64,000 nucleotides of DNA from Mantamonas sphyraenae STR306 (lineage: Eukaryota; Protista; CRuMs), in the NCBI GenBank assembly GCA_026936335.1, contig JAPMXV010000011.1, forward strand, positions 62,001-126,000, given 5' to 3'. A model generated the notes under the pieces. That model saw only the letters and a list, made by a program, of their open reading frames with translations, made no database searches and was not told the origin of the DNA. The position numbers were made by a program, and so were the translations under genes. Shown here piece after piece: positions 24,339 to 37,634 of this stretch. How positions within the stretch are numbered: position 1 is the stretch's first letter; each line of letters starts with the position of its first letter.

Positions 24339-26145
24339 TCATCGAAAGAGGGCATCCTCGTTGCGAAGGTGGAACAGGGGCCGCAGTGCAACGCCGAGGT
24401 ATTGTCCCGGAAGATTGCTGAGGATCCACACGTAACTGTGAATGCTGGTGCTGGACATGCCAGAGAAGAAGGCGCCAATGTTGCAGCCAAAGGCAATGCG
24501 TGAGCCGTAGCCCATCAGTAGGCCGCCGAGAGTGGCACCGAAAAACACGCGGAAGCCATTGACGCCACGATGGTTGCCACATTGGTAATACTCGCTTTTG
24601 TCCTGCACAAACGTGCCCGTGGCCATGGCGGCAATGACGGCGCCGAGAAAGACGCCGAAATTGACGATGGAGGCGGAGTTGCGCAGGGGCGACTCGAACA
24701 ACACCCCGGCAAGCTCCTCCTGGTGCCAGTAGGGCCACTCGTCAGGCGTGGCACCCATGGCCATGGCCACCTTGGAGCCCCACTGGGAATAGGCAGTGGT
24801 CACACCCCACGGATGGCCAGCCACCAGGAGAAGGAGGGCATTGAGAACAGCGAGGGCGATTGCCCCGCTCAATTTAGGCCAGGGACCAAACACAAGCCGT
24901 TGCATGCGCGAGCGACGGTACCCAATGATGTCTGAATCGTCGTGGCTGGGAGGGTTGGGTTCAAACATGCGCAGGCGATCACGGAGCTGGGCGGGCATGG
25001 AGACGAACCCCAGACCCAGGAGGCGGTCGCCGTGGTACCAATTCTCGTAGGAGACAGAGACAAAGACAAGGAGGGCCAAGAGGGCAACCTGGAAGAGGAG
25101 GGCAGGCAGGTAACCCCATGCCCATGAGAGGGTGTACCCTTCGCTGTTGGGCAAACTCATCCACCAGCCCCAATCGGAGGCACTCCATGTGGTGCCCACA
25201 ATGAACCACAGCAGTGCGTTCATGGAACGCAGACGCCCACGCGCCGCACCCACAAGGATCCCCGATCCACAGCCGTCGGCAATCTGCTGGCCAATGCCAA
25301 ACATAAAGGCTCCCAGCACCACGGACACGCCCGGACGACCCAGTTTGGGACGGGGACCCACCAGCGTGGGATCAGCATCGGGCAACGCCGACGGGCTCAG
25401 GCCCAGCACAAGCGAAAACAGAAGGGTGCTCGTCAGAAGCATTACCAATTGCAGGCGCACCCCACCCGTGCTGTAATGAGGAGAGTGGGGCAAGTGTTGG
25501 GTCCGTGCGTGTGTGAGAGAGACAAGGGGAGAGGGAGAGAGGGTGTGTGGGTGTGGGTGGGGGGTCCATGGTATCGTGTCAGCGAGGGCGGTGGGAGCCA
25601 GAAGCGGGGGAAGGGAGGGAGATTCAAAGGGACGGCGCCCAGCACGGCCTTTTTGCAGCTCCCCAAGACAGCACACATGTCACACATGCACACACACACA
25701 CACACATACCGGACGTCTGTAAAGATGCGACGGAAGAAAGAGGAGAAGCCAAAGCCCGAGTAGACGAGAGTGGCACCGATGCAAATGGCAATGACAAAGG
25801 TGAGACCCTTGAGGAAGCCGTCGATGATGAGGAGAAAGACAAGGAGGAGGATGGACAGGGCAGCGGGAAACACCATCATGTCACGCTGGGGACGAGGAGG
25901 CACGTCGAGTGCATTGTGATAGTAATCCTCATCGCCGTCTTGGGAGGTGATGGTGCCGTCATAGCGCGTTTTCACGCCTGCTGGTAGCCCCGCTTGATGC
26001 TTTCCGACACAGGCAGGTCCAGCAGCGGGATGTTGTCCAACAAGGTGCTCACCACCCCTGGCTCACCGTCACCAGCACCCAACACGTCGTCGTCGTCGTC
26101 GTCCTCAGACGCCAGTGGTGCGGCCATGCGATGTCTGGACGACAT
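24339..26145 (-). CDS. YeeE/YedE (TsuA-like) sulfur-compound/thiosulfate transporter; intron 25709-25471; apparent frameshift ~25976
   Basis: Paired motifs GAFMFGIGQQIADGCGSG and GGLLMGYGSRIAFGCNIGAFFSG, plus PWGVTTAYSQWG and multiple TM segments. Confidence 0.88.
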
Positions 26146-26220
26146 TAGGGTTCCTGTTGCCGTGACGGCGCGAGTATGCGCCGTAGGTGCCAACCTCCAC
26201 CCGCCTGCCTTTTTGGAACC

Positions 26221-26970
26221 ATGAGTGGCACACCGTTGACCATCAAGGCCAAGTTTGGGCCCAACTTCCATCGGTTCAAGCTTGCGGAACCCACGTACGA
26301 GGCGTTGGACGGCTTCCTGATCAACAAACTGGAGTTGCCCGACGATCATTTCATGATCAAGTACCAGGACGAGGACGGCGACTGGTGCACCATCTCCACA
26401 CAAGCGGTGAGTGAGAAGTATCGGGTGAAATTGGGAGGCTGCGGGAGGCGGGGGAGGGGCAGGGCAAGTCAACAAGGGGAAAGGGGAAAGCAGCTGACAA
26501 CGGAAGGTGGAATTGGCGGACGGAAAACGGACATACACACACATACACACGCATGCATGCACACACAGGAGTTTGAAGAGGCAATGGAGGTGCAAGAGGG
26601 GGAAAAGCTGTTTCGATGCACAATCGAATTGACGGACGGGGCGTTGCAAGAGGCAGCAGCAGGCGGAGAGGGTGGCAGCAACGCAAACACCACCACCGCC
26701 GCCAATGAGACGGACACACAGGAAACACACAACGACGGAGAAGCAGACACCTCTGCAACACAGGGCCATGAGGAAGTGTCATCTTCCACAGAGGGTGAGG
26801 AGGGAGGAGGAGGAGCACACGAGGACAAGACGAATGGTAAAGTCAACGACACGGCAGCAGCAGCAGGCAGCGGCGCATCGTCGACTGTCGTTTCCGACAC
26901 AACAACAACAGCCGGTGGGAGGGGAGAAGAGGGAAAGGGAGGAGAAAGCAGCAACAGCAACAGTGGTGAG

Positions 26971-27018
<48 letters not shown>

Positions 27019-27282
27019 CATGGAAAGAAGGGGGTCAAGCCAATCTGCACCGGTTGCAACAAGCGATTGCACAAGTCGGACGAACACTATCTGTGCCGTG
27101 GCCAAGATCGCAAGTGTAAGAAGCTGCTGTGTGGCCAGTGTGTGGTGTTTTGTGCGGCGCAGACGTACAACGACAACGCAAGTTGCGGCAAGTCGTTGTG
27201 TGCCACGTGTCGCATCCCTCTCAGCGGTGACAAGTTCCACTGTGGCTGTGTGGCAAGCATGTTCAAGGTCGTGGATGAGTGA
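26221..27282 (+). CDS. PB1-domain protein with C-terminal Cys-rich (zinc-binding) domain; intron 26407-26568
   Basis: IKAKFG (basic Lys) and IKYQDEDGDWCTI (OPCA motif); C-terminal region with many CxxC pairs. Confidence 0.8.
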
Positions 27283-27352
27283 TTGGTGCCCTGTGTGGGA
27301 GGCATCGTCACGTCGCAAATGAAACCACACTTTTTCCGCCGTTTGCCTCGCG

Positions 27353-30300
27353 ATGGTACGACCCCAATCTCTCCCTCTCCCTCTCCCCTCTCTTGCACAC
27401 ACTCACACGGGGACGCGGATCCGGCACAATCGCGCAGTTTGTGCAAAAGGCAGCGTACGACGAAAAGAAGCGGGTGCACGTGGGTGTGGAGGACATGACC
27501 ATGCTCTCCAAAATCACCAACGAGGCCATCTGCGAGAACCTCAAGCAACGGTTCCTGAGCAATATGATCTACGTAAGTGGCTCCCAAGGACCATGACTGG
27601 CCACGGGGTCGTGTCGACACGCCGCAACGTTGTCCTGCCTCCTCCTCGATCACCTGCGCCACCGGGTGTAAAAAGGGGGTGGCCCATTGGAAAAAGACCC
27701 TCCCTGCGCAAGAGCCTCTCTGACACTGCGACGTCTCCACATGTGTTCCACAGACCAACATTGGCCACGTGCTGATCTCTGTGAATCCGTTCCGCGACAC
27801 AGGCATCTACACAGACGAGATCCTGTACTCCTACCAGGGCAAGATGCGCATCGAGGTAGCGTTTTGTGTCTCTCGGGATCCCAACCCCCCCCTACAGGTT
27901 TGACCACACGAAAACTCACACCCAACCTTGTCGTGCGTGTGGTGGATCCCGCACAAAACTCGCCCATTCGCACACAGGTGGCGCCACACATCTTTGCAAC
28001 GGCAGAGGCGGCGTACCGCGGCGTGTCGTCGGAGCTGGAGAACCAGTGTGTGATCATCTCGGGCGAGTCTGGCGCGGGAAAGACAGAGGCAAGCAAGAAA
28101 ATCATGCAGTACATTGCGGCAGTGAGTGGCCATGGAGGCGAAATGGAGAATGTGAAGAATCTGATCCTGCAGACGAACCCGCTGCTGGAGGCGTTTGGCA
28201 ACGCAAAGACGTTGCGCAACAACAACTCGTCCCGTTTCGGCAAGTACATGGAGATCTACTTTGAGGGAGATGCGCCCGTGGGAGGCTCTGTCACCACCTA
28301 CCTTCTGGAAAAGTCGCGTGTGGTGTTCCAGAACCGGGGCGAGCGCAACTTTCACATCTTTTACCAGTTGTGCGCGGCCGCGGGCCAGCAGGAACGCAAC
28401 GACTATCAAATCCTCAGTGCGACAACTACAATTACCTGTACGGAATGAGCCAGTGCATGCAGGTGGACACCATCGACGACGTGCAGGAGTACAACGACAT
28501 GCGCTACGCCATGGGTGTGATTGGTCTCTCTGACCAGGAGCAAACCGACATTGTGCGCCTGCTGGCAGCCATCATGTGGTTGGGCAACGTCGACTTTTAC
28601 GAGCAGAACGACCAGTCGAGTGTGGCCGACATGCAGACGCTGGAGTACGTGGGCTACCTCCTCGACGTGGAACCCAGCTTCCTGGCCAAGGCCATCACGA
28701 TTCGCATCATGGAGACCAAGCGTGGCGGACGTGTGGGCACCACGTACGAGGTGCCGTTGAACTACGTGCAGGCGGTGGCTGCGAGGGATGCGCTGGCGAA
28801 GCAGATCTACAGCAACATCTTTGACTGGCTGGTGGGACGCATCGACAGCGTGCTCAACGTGGGACGCAAGGCAAGCACGCGCTCCATTGGCGTGTTGGAC
28901 ATCTACGGCTTTGAGATCTTTGAGCGCAACGGGTTTGAGCAGCTGTGCATCAACTATGTGAACGAGAAGCTGCAGCAGATCTTCATCGAGCTGTCGCTCA
29001 AGCAGGAACAGGAGGAGTATGTGCGTGAACAGATCCAGTGGACGCCGATCCAGTTTTTCAACAACAAGGTGGTGTGCGACCTGATCGAGGCGCGTTCGCC
29101 GCCGGGCATCTTTTCCATCATGGACGACACCTGCAAGACGGCCCATGCAGACAGCGACGCGGCAGACCGTTCGTTCCTGCAGCGTCTGGGCGGCGTGTCG
29201 AGCAACGCACACATCGATTTGCGAGGCAACGGGTTCTGTGTGCGTCACTACGCAGGCGATGTGGTGTACGACGGCGACGGCATGACGGACAAGAACAAGG
29301 ACAAGATCCCGAACGACCTGCTGGACACGGTGCTCCTCACCAACAATGCCTTCCTCAAGAGTCTCTTCAGCAAGATGGACAAGGGCAAGACGCCGACGGC
29401 GGGACAGATCATCAAAAAGGGAGCGCAGAAGCTTGTGGACTCGCTGATGCTGTGCCAGCCGCATTACGTGCGCTGCATCAAGCCCAACGAAACCAAACAG
29501 CCGTTGGACTACGACACCAAGCGGTTCATGCACCAAGTCAAGTACCTGGGCCTGTTGGAGAACATCCGGGTGCGACGCGCAGGGTTTGCGGCGAGGCAGA
29601 CGTTTGAGAAGTTCCTGTACCGGTTCTACCTGCTGTCGCGGCAGTGCTGCTACGCGGGCGAGTACACGTGGAAGGGATCCATGCGCGAGGGTGTGCTTGC
29701 GGTGCTGAAGGACACGGGCATCAGCAAGGACCAGTGGCAGATGGGCACCTCCAAGGTGTTTATCAAGGATCCGGAAACACTGTGGGCGCTGGAACACCTG
29801 CGCGACGAGTACTTCCCCAACATGGCACGCAAGATCCAACGCTGCTGGCGTTGGTACCTGCGTCGCAAGCACGAAATGGCAACGAGGATCCAGCGTGCGT
29901 GGCGCGAGTTTACCAACGTCAAGATCTACGTGGATCTGCGCAACTACAACCAAACGCTGTTTGTGAACCGGAAGCAGCGCCGTCGCATGTCGATGATCTC
30001 GTGCCGTCGCTTGTACGGCGACTACTTGGACGCCGGCAACGACGCGCTGCTGATGGGCGCGGTGGGCCGCGGGGCCCTGAACGAAGGCATTGTGTTTTCG
30101 TTCAAGGGCAAGGTGTTGGTGATCAAACGCGTGGGTGCAAACAAGATGAGTCCACGCACGCTGGTGATGACCACCAAGGCCATGTACCTTGTGTCGAGCA
30201 AGCTGCAGAAGAACATGCTTGTGATGACGCTGGACAGGCGCATCCCGTTGGCCTCGCTGAGTGGCGTGTCCATGAGCACGCTGGCCGACGACTTTTTGGT

Positions 30301-30985
30301 GCTCCACGTCCACAATGAGGCCGACGCCGTGCTGGAGTGTGTCTTCAAGACGGAGATTGTCACGCTGATCCAGTGGTACAACGGCGGCACGGTCAACATG
30401 ACTCTGCAGAACCAGCTGACGTTTGACAAGAAGCCCGGCAAGCAGGCCATGCTCTCCTTTGAGGTGGACGAGGAGCAGCCGCGTGCCCTGTTCAAGAAGC
30501 AGGTTGTGTACGTCGCCTCGGGTCTGCACGCCTCTTCGGTGCCTGCACAGCCCACACGCAACCGCAACCAGTTCCAACCGCTCAAGCAGGGCATGAAGGT
30601 GTTCAGTGGCAACAGTGGCGGCGGCGGTGGTGGTGGTGATAAGACGGTGCTGGAAGCGCTGTACGACTACACTGGCCAGGCGAGCGACGAGCTGAGCTTC
30701 CGTGGTGGCGACAAGATGGATCTGCTGGAAAAGACAGACGCCGACTGGTGGAAAGCCAACCTGAATGGTCAGGTGGGCCACGTGCCGTCCAACTACGTGA
30801 AGGAAATCGTCATCAAGGCACCGCAGCAGCAAAGCAAGCCTGCACCGCCTCTGCCGCAGCGTAGCGCAGCGCCTGGCCTTCCGCAAAGTGCAGGACGCCG
30901 CCTGTCTCGTCCCATGCCAAAGCAGAACTTTGGTGGCGGTGGCGGCGGACGTGGATTTGGTGGCGGCGGCGGCGGATACGGCGGA

Positions 30986-31021
<36 letters not shown>

Positions 31022-31267
31022 GGTGGTGGTGGCTGGGGTGGTGGAGGAGGAAGCAGCAGCAGCAGCAATGCGTTTGGTGGTGGACGGGGTGGATTTGGAG
31101 GAGGTGCACCTGCGCTGCCTTCTGGACGTCCTGGGTTTGGAGGTGGAGGAGGTGGTGGTGGTGGTGGTGCGCCGCCGCTGCCGTCTGGACGTCCTGGATT
31201 TGGAGGCGGCGGTGGAGGTGGAGGTCCGCCCCCGCTGCCTTCCGGTCGTCCGGGCTACGGCCGTTGA
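27353..31267 (+). CDS. Class I myosin (motor, IQ, TH1, SH3, Gly/Pro-rich tail); 5' introns; apparent frameshift ~28417
   Basis: [36 protein letters not shown]-site region [11 protein letters not shown]3 ALYDY...WW...PSNYV. Confidence 0.96.
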
Positions 31268-31384
31268 TCTGTTGCAACACAGAGGGAAGGATAATGAATC
31301 ACCAAGAAAGTACAAATGCATCGAGATGTGTTTGAGTTGGAGTTGATTAAGTTAATGATTGTGAAGGTGACGTCTCACGTCTGC

Positions 31385-33490
31385 TCAAGCAGACACGGCG
31401 GCGAGCCGATCGCACACATCTTGCACAGAGCGCGCGTCGACGCCGAGGTGTTGCGCAATGGCATGTTGGTCAATGACGACATTGTTGTGTTGGGCGACGT
31501 ACCAGAGGGCGGCTGCGGCGACGAGCTTGCTGTCGACATCGAGCAAGTCTTCGTCGGCGCGGACGATGGCGTCGCGGACTGCGCGCTGATTGACGCTCTG
31601 GTGGGCGTCGAGATCAAAAGCGCGCAGGTAGGGACGCACGTACTGTTCGGCACGGCACATGGGCTTACCATCGATGCCGTACTCGGACAGGAGGGCCTTG
31701 AGGCGGTAGAACCACTTGCCGACCTGCTTCTCGGTGACGCGCTCGCACGAGGCGGCGCCAGGCAGGCACACTCCGTCGCCGTAGTGGCCGCTCACGGCTC
31801 GGCTGAGCTCCTTCATGGAACGTGGCGCGCCACCGAGGCGCAAGGCGAGGAAGAGCACACCCGGCAGCACGAGCTGCGCGGGACCCTTCTTCATGGCACC
31901 CTTGCGCAGTGCAAGGGTAAGCAGGTCGTTGGCCCACTCGACACAATTGTCTGCGACTTTGGCGGGGCGGACGTCAAGCACCTGGTGCGCCATCTCTTCG
32001 AAAAAGGCCTGTGCTCCGTCAAACAACTCACACTCCTGGAACCCATGCACGGTCTTGACACCGGCTGCTGCTGCGCGTCGTGTGCTGTGGCGTGTGATGT
32101 TGCGTGTGCTGCGTGTGTTGCGTGTGTTGCGACGGGGTGATGTGGTGCTGTGGCGGCTGCTGCGCGGGGAATACTCATCGTCGTAGTCGCCGTCGTCGGA
32201 GTCGCTGTCCGACTCGGTTTCGGCCACATCCTGGGTGTAGAGTGTGCGCGTGCGCGAGGTGGCGCCAAGGTCCATGTCCAGGCCCAGATCCAAGTCCAGA
32301 TCCAGCTCCTGGGCGGCCTCGGCGGCGGCCTCGGCGGCCACGGCGGTAGGCTTCCTGCGGCGGTTGCTTCGGCGAGGTGGGCGAGGTGAAGGCGAGCGCG
32401 GATGCGCAGATGTGACGACGATGTCCGTGTCCGGCAGATCGTCAAAGGCCATGAACGACGGAAGGTCGAAAAAGGCAAGCTCACCCTGACCAACATCCTT
32501 CTTCAGCTCCTGCTGCTGCTGCTGCTGCTGCTTACCTGCGTCACAGGCCATGGCATCATCGAAAACGCGGCAAAACGCTGCGTCGAGCGGATGCTCGCTG
32601 CCGGTGCAGTCGAGCAGGTCCAGCCACGACGCACGGTCATCCTGTGTGTCCTCGCTGCCCGACGCGTAAAGTGTGTCGTCGTCGTCGTCGTCGTCCTGGT
32701 GATGGTGGCGATGGTGGTGGCGATGAAGGGAAAGGGCACGTTCGAAAGCGCGGTTTGCGTGTGCGTCGGCCAACTCACGCATTGCGTAGGCGTCGTGCTG
32801 CTCATTGTCGACCTGTTGTTGTTGAGGCAGGGCATCGTCAGAAAGCTGGGTATGAAAGGCATGGGTATGCTGCGCATCCTCACAGAGCACACACTGGCAT
32901 GGCAGGGCATCGGCATCCTCATCCTCCTTCACATGGTCATCGTCACACAAACACACACACACACACGAACGGGCGTGGCGAATGGCGGGGCAAAATGCAA
33001 ACGCACCCTTTCGCTGCTCCAGCTTCAGCGCGCGCACAGCGGCCGTGTAGCCATCATAGCCTGTGTCCCTGCGTGTCTGCACATCTGCGCAACTCTCACT
33101 CTCCGATTCACCATCCTCACATGCGTCTCCCCACACGCCCGCGCCCTGGGCCGCGCCCAGAATCGGCGGGCGGAAAGTGAGCCCCCTCTGAATTCCCGGA
33201 AAATGGCTTCCCCACTCGTCGAGCTCCATCTCTGCGTCCATCTCGCTGTTTTCGCTGCTCGTTGCACCCTCCTTCTGCTCACGCATGGCTTCAAGAATCG
33301 CAACAGCCTTGGCATCCACTTTGCTCTGCACACGAAACCCATATTCGCGTTCAAGAGCGGCAACCGTTCGCACATCAACCTGCACCAACGGGTGAGCTTC
33401 TGCCCAGAGCTTCGCCTGCTGCTGTTCTTCGTTCTCACCATCGTAAACCGTCGAGGCAGGGCTCGGAAACATCGAAGTCGACAACATCAT
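31385..33490 (-). CDS. TFIIB/Brf-like double cyclin-fold protein with long N-terminal extension
   Basis: C-terminal ~200 aa: LFLALRLGGAPRSMKEL, EKQVGKWFYRL, YVRPYL, VAAAALWYVA, IAQHLGV match the TFIIB core repeats. Confidence 0.75.
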   Translation of the reverse strand: MMLSTSMFPSPASTVYDGENEEQQQAKLWAEAHPLVQVDVRTVAALEREYGFRVQSKVDAKAVAILEAMREQKEGATSSENSEMDAEMELDEWGSHFPGIQRGLTFRPPILGAAQGAGVWGDACEDGESESESCADVQTRRDTGYDGYTAAVRALKLEQRKGAFAFCPAIRHARSCVCVCLCDDDHVKEDEDADALPCQCVLCEDAQHTHAFHTQLSDDALPQQQQVDNEQHDAYAMRELADAHANRAFERALSLHRHHHRHHHQDDDDDDDTLYASGSEDTQDDRASWLDLLDCTGSEHPLDAAFCRVFDDAMACDAGKQQQQQQQELKKDVGQGELAFFDLPSFMAFDDLPDTDIVVTSAHPRSPSPRPPRRSNRRRKPTAVAAEAAAEAAQELDLDLDLGLDMDLGATSRTRTLYTQDVAETESDSDSDDGDYDDEYSPRSSRHSTTSPRRNTRNTRSTRNITRHSTRRAAAAGVKTVHGFQECELFDGAQAFFEEMAHQVLDVRPAKVADNCVEWANDLLTLALRKGAMKKGPAQLVLPGVLFLALRLGGAPRSMKELSRAVSGHYGDGVCLPGAASCERVTEKQVGKWFYRLKALLSEYGIDGKPMCRAEQYVRPYLRAFDLDAHQSVNQRAVRDAIVRADEDLLDVDSKLVAAAALWYVAQHNNVVIDQHAIAQHLGVDARSVQDVCDRLAAVSA

Positions 33491-33626
33491 TGACAAACGA
33501 GAAAAAAAAAGTGTGTGGTTGAGCTGGACGGCGGCGCGCATCTCGAAACTCGAGCACAAGTGGCGTACATTGTGATTGCACATTCCCACAACCCCCTACT
33601 CGCACTCACACACTTGCACTCATGCA

Positions 33627-36600
33627 TCACTGCGCTTCGCCTGGGAGCTCACCGTCGAGGAGCCAGTGATTGGTGAGCTGCAGACGCCAAGCGGCATCCT
33701 GGGCAGCCTTGGCCTTGGAAAAGAGGAGAATCTCGAGGGAAGAAAAGGCCAGAGTGAGAGACAATAGGGTCCACATGCCAGCTGTGAGGGTCTGTCCATC
33801 GATGATGAGCGGGGCAGCGTCGACCACCCACGTGGCGACGATGCACACAGAGAGCACATTGTGCCTGCGTGCACCCAGCCACGAGTCCAGCAGCCACGAG
33901 TTGCGACTGACGAGAAACGTGAGAGAAAAGAGGAGCACGAGTACGGCGCGAGCGAGCGTAGTCAACACCACGCGGCGCATCTGCGACGGAATGTGCGCCA
34001 CCAGGTCACCGATGCTGAAGGAGCTCTCCAACGCGGTGGTGAGCACGGTGAGACAGCCATAGGCGGCGTCGAGCAGAGCGACACACACAATGGCCAGCGG
34101 AAAGGGCAGTGTGCGCAGGTAGGCTCCGCCGGCGAGGGGATCTTCGCGCAGGCCGTCGATGATGACCACTGCCTCGAGCAGCACAAACACAAGGTGGTGC
34201 AGAAAGACCATGGTGAGCACGGGTGTGTTTGGCAACTGCAGGGAGAACACGGCGGCCAGCATGAGGGCCACCGAGAGGCAGAGGACAACGACGGAGTAGA
34301 CGTGCTTGCCAGCCGACGACGAGGGCCGCAACAGGGTGCGACTGGGCATGACTGAGAAGCGTGTGACCAGTGCCATGCGTGCCGTGGCCACCACCATCGA
34401 CACCAGCGCCAACAGGGCGTCCATGTATCGTCCGGGCTCCAGCACGTACTCGCTGAGGGTGTGGTGCGAGAACGCAGGGGCAAAGATGAGCACCAGCACC
34501 GCCACGTGGCCATCCATGGCCAGGAGCACAGCCACACGCGGGGTCCAACGACGCACGGTGCATGCGCTGAGCATGGCGTTGACAAACAGCACCCACAGCG
34601 ACAGGCAGAGGAGTACGAAAAAGTATTGCACCAACAGGTACGCACGGTGCACGAGGGCAAACAGAAGCACCACGGCCACGTTGAGCAGAAACATGGTCAG
34701 ATTGGTGGCGCGGTGCGACACGCGTCCGTCGTCCCACGAGGAAACGAGGGCACGCGGAAGGAAGAGCAGCGCCAGCAGGCCACCCAGGAAGAGATTGGCC
34801 ACCCCGGTCCAGTTGTGCGGCATGCCACGTTGGAAACAAAACGCCACCGGGGGCAGCAGCACAGCCAGTAGGGTCAAGATGGCCAGCACGCGGATGAGGG
34901 CGTTTGCGGCGGGCCAGGCAGCGACAAGGACAAAGAGGACCAGAATGGCGTAGAGGAGGGAGAGAGCGCCATCCAACGCACGCTGGGTCGACGCACGCAC
35001 CACACTGCCCACCGCACGCGACCAGGCCCACACCCAAGGGGCAGGCAGGCAGCCGCGCAACGAGGGCATCCAAAAGTACAGCGACAGCGCCGACACGGCA
35101 GCCAGAATCACCACGCGCCCTCCCAGGTCCAGTTCGATGGCATCGAAACCCGACTCCGGTGCAATCAGCGCCAGGTAGAAAATCGACGACACAAACAGCC
35201 CAGGCACGATGCTGGACAGGAGAAACGTGACAAAGTACGCCGCAAAGGTGGCCGGGTTGAAGCTGCCACTGTTGCGTGGGTTGATGTGGAACACAGAGTC
35301 CTTCTGCACAAACCACCGCTTGGCACCCAGTTCCGCCACCGTCGTCACCGTCCCTCCGTCTGCATCGCCATCGCCCACCACCTTGCCCGATCCCGCCCCG
35401 ACAACAACTGCCGACCCCGATGATCCCGAGCCGGACGACGACGATCCCGTCGCCAGCGTGTTTGACCCACCCTTGCGCAGCCTTGTGCGTCGATTGTGGT
35501 AATCCATGGATCCGTACCCGCCGCCTCCGCCTCCGCCCTCCTCCGCAATGGACTCCATCAGTCGCGGGTCCCCTCCTCCGGCGCCACCCGCTCCTCCTCC
35601 AATGCCCACGTCGCCCCCTCCATCGACACCCACATCCATGGCGGAGCCGCCTGCAGCTACAACCAAGTCTCCACCACCAGGGCCGTCTGCAACCCCGCCT
35701 CCAATCATGCCCAAAGCCACGTCGTGGCCCACCACGGCCGCAGTCGGCACACTCACTGTGTCACTGGCCGTGGCTCTGCAACCGGCCATGAGCAACGCCC
35801 TGCCCAACTGCTCGTGGGCACTCAATTCGCTACGCACCGACGACAATGACGCCTCGTAGCGATGATGATGATGATGATGATGATGGTGGTGACTTTGGTG
35901 CTGGTGCCCGTGCAGAGGAGACCGCTCGTGCACGCCACCATCGTCGTCGTGCCCATATATGGGTGCGTAGGAGCGACGGTGGCGACGAGTGCGTCGCTGC
36001 TGCGGCGACAGAGGCGCGTTGCTGACGCTGCTGACGTTGTTGTACAGCGGCGCATGCGAACGCACGGCACGCACGAGTGGGGCCGTCACGCAGAGGCACA
36101 CGTCGCTGAGGGTGCCACAGAACCCTCCGGCCAGGGCAATGCGTGTGTCGAGGTAGTGGGCGTACTTGCGGCGGAAGAAATCGACAGCCGCCTGGAGGTG
36201 CAGTCTGTCCACGTGCACATACGACTCGGTGTGCAGTGCCACCAGGTCGGTGTTGCCCTGGTCCAACCGAATGCGATACTCGTGCACCAGGTCGTCCAGC
36301 ATGGCCATGTCGAGGTGGCACACGTCTGCCTTGCTCACCAGCAATAGATTCGGTTGTGCTCGCCACTGTGTGCTCCCGGCGTGCGGCTGCGACGGCAGGT
36401 GCTGCACAAATTGCACCATCGACCCTTCTGGGTCCGGCACCACATGGACAGTCAGCGTCGCCACGCACTCGGTGCTCGTGCCATCCATGGAATCTGCAGT
36501 CGGACCAGCTCCTCCTCCTCCTCCTCCTCCCGCACCACCGGCACCACCACCACTCCCCACCCCATCCCAGGCTCCGTCGCTTTCGTACATGCCACCCACG

Positions 36601-37372
36601 TGCACAAACATCTCGTCCTGCTCCGCACCCATGTCTGGATACCGGGTGCGCTGTACGTAGAGCACCTGAAAGGAGCCCACGGGAGGGACCTGCAGTGTGC
36701 GTGGGTCAGGCCACACCAGCGCAGAACTGAGGCGACCCAGTTCCTCAAAAAGGGCGCGTGCTCCCGTAGGCGTGGCCATGATGACCATGTCCAGCACATA
36801 CGACACGGGAGTGTCCATGGTGCGCACAAAATGCACCAGAGCACGTGGGTCACCGTACAACGAGGCCACCATGGTCACCGTGAGATCAAACAGGCCGCGG
36901 CGCACCTGTTGCCGCAGGATCTGCGACAGCTGTTGGATCTTCTGCATGTCGTTTGGCAGCGGAAACTCGGCACTCACCATAGCATCACACACCGCCTGCG
37001 GAGGCAGTTGATCCGTGCTCAGCCACTGCAGCATCATACGGTTGCAGATCCTCCGCAGCGCATCCGTGAAATGGTGGATGCGATCGCCTTCGCCCAGGAT
37101 CTCCCGAGGCGGCGGCGCATCGGGGAAGTGCATGTTGACCAGTGCAATCTCTGCCAGGTAGTATGGATGCTCCAGCAAAGCAAACGAGTTGCACGACGCA
37201 CGGTACAGAAAGTCCTGCGATCGGTGCGGGTTCAGTGTGCGTTGCATCTGCTTTTCCGTCAGATACAACTGCCTGCTCATTGACAGCGGTGCCACTGGAA
37301 ACGCAGTCTTGGGCACATCCACGTGCATCGCACGCCGTCCTCCACGTCGTCCTCCCGAACGCCTGCCACCGG

Positions 37373-37406
<34 letters not shown>

Positions 37407-37599
37407 ACTTGTGGCACTTGTGGTGTGTGGTGACCCCATGGCCCCCAGGCTGCTGCCTGTCTCATCCCCACCGTACAACCGCCGCGACACGCTGTCCATT
37501 GTCGAGCTCGATTTCGATCGCACAATTCGTCGCGGTGACGACGTGGCGGACGATCTCACGCCACCATCATCCAGACTGTCAATGTCGGTGCTTGGCGAC

Positions 37600-37634
<35 letters not shown>

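Noticed and set aside
24154-24435. Poly-Met/poly-His/poly-Asp ORFs
   Set aside because: Translations of the (GAT)n microsatellite in a UTR/intergenic region.
24339-26145. Bacterial contamination or chimeric assembly at YeeE
   Set aside because: The gene has a typical host intron and the same composition as its neighbours.
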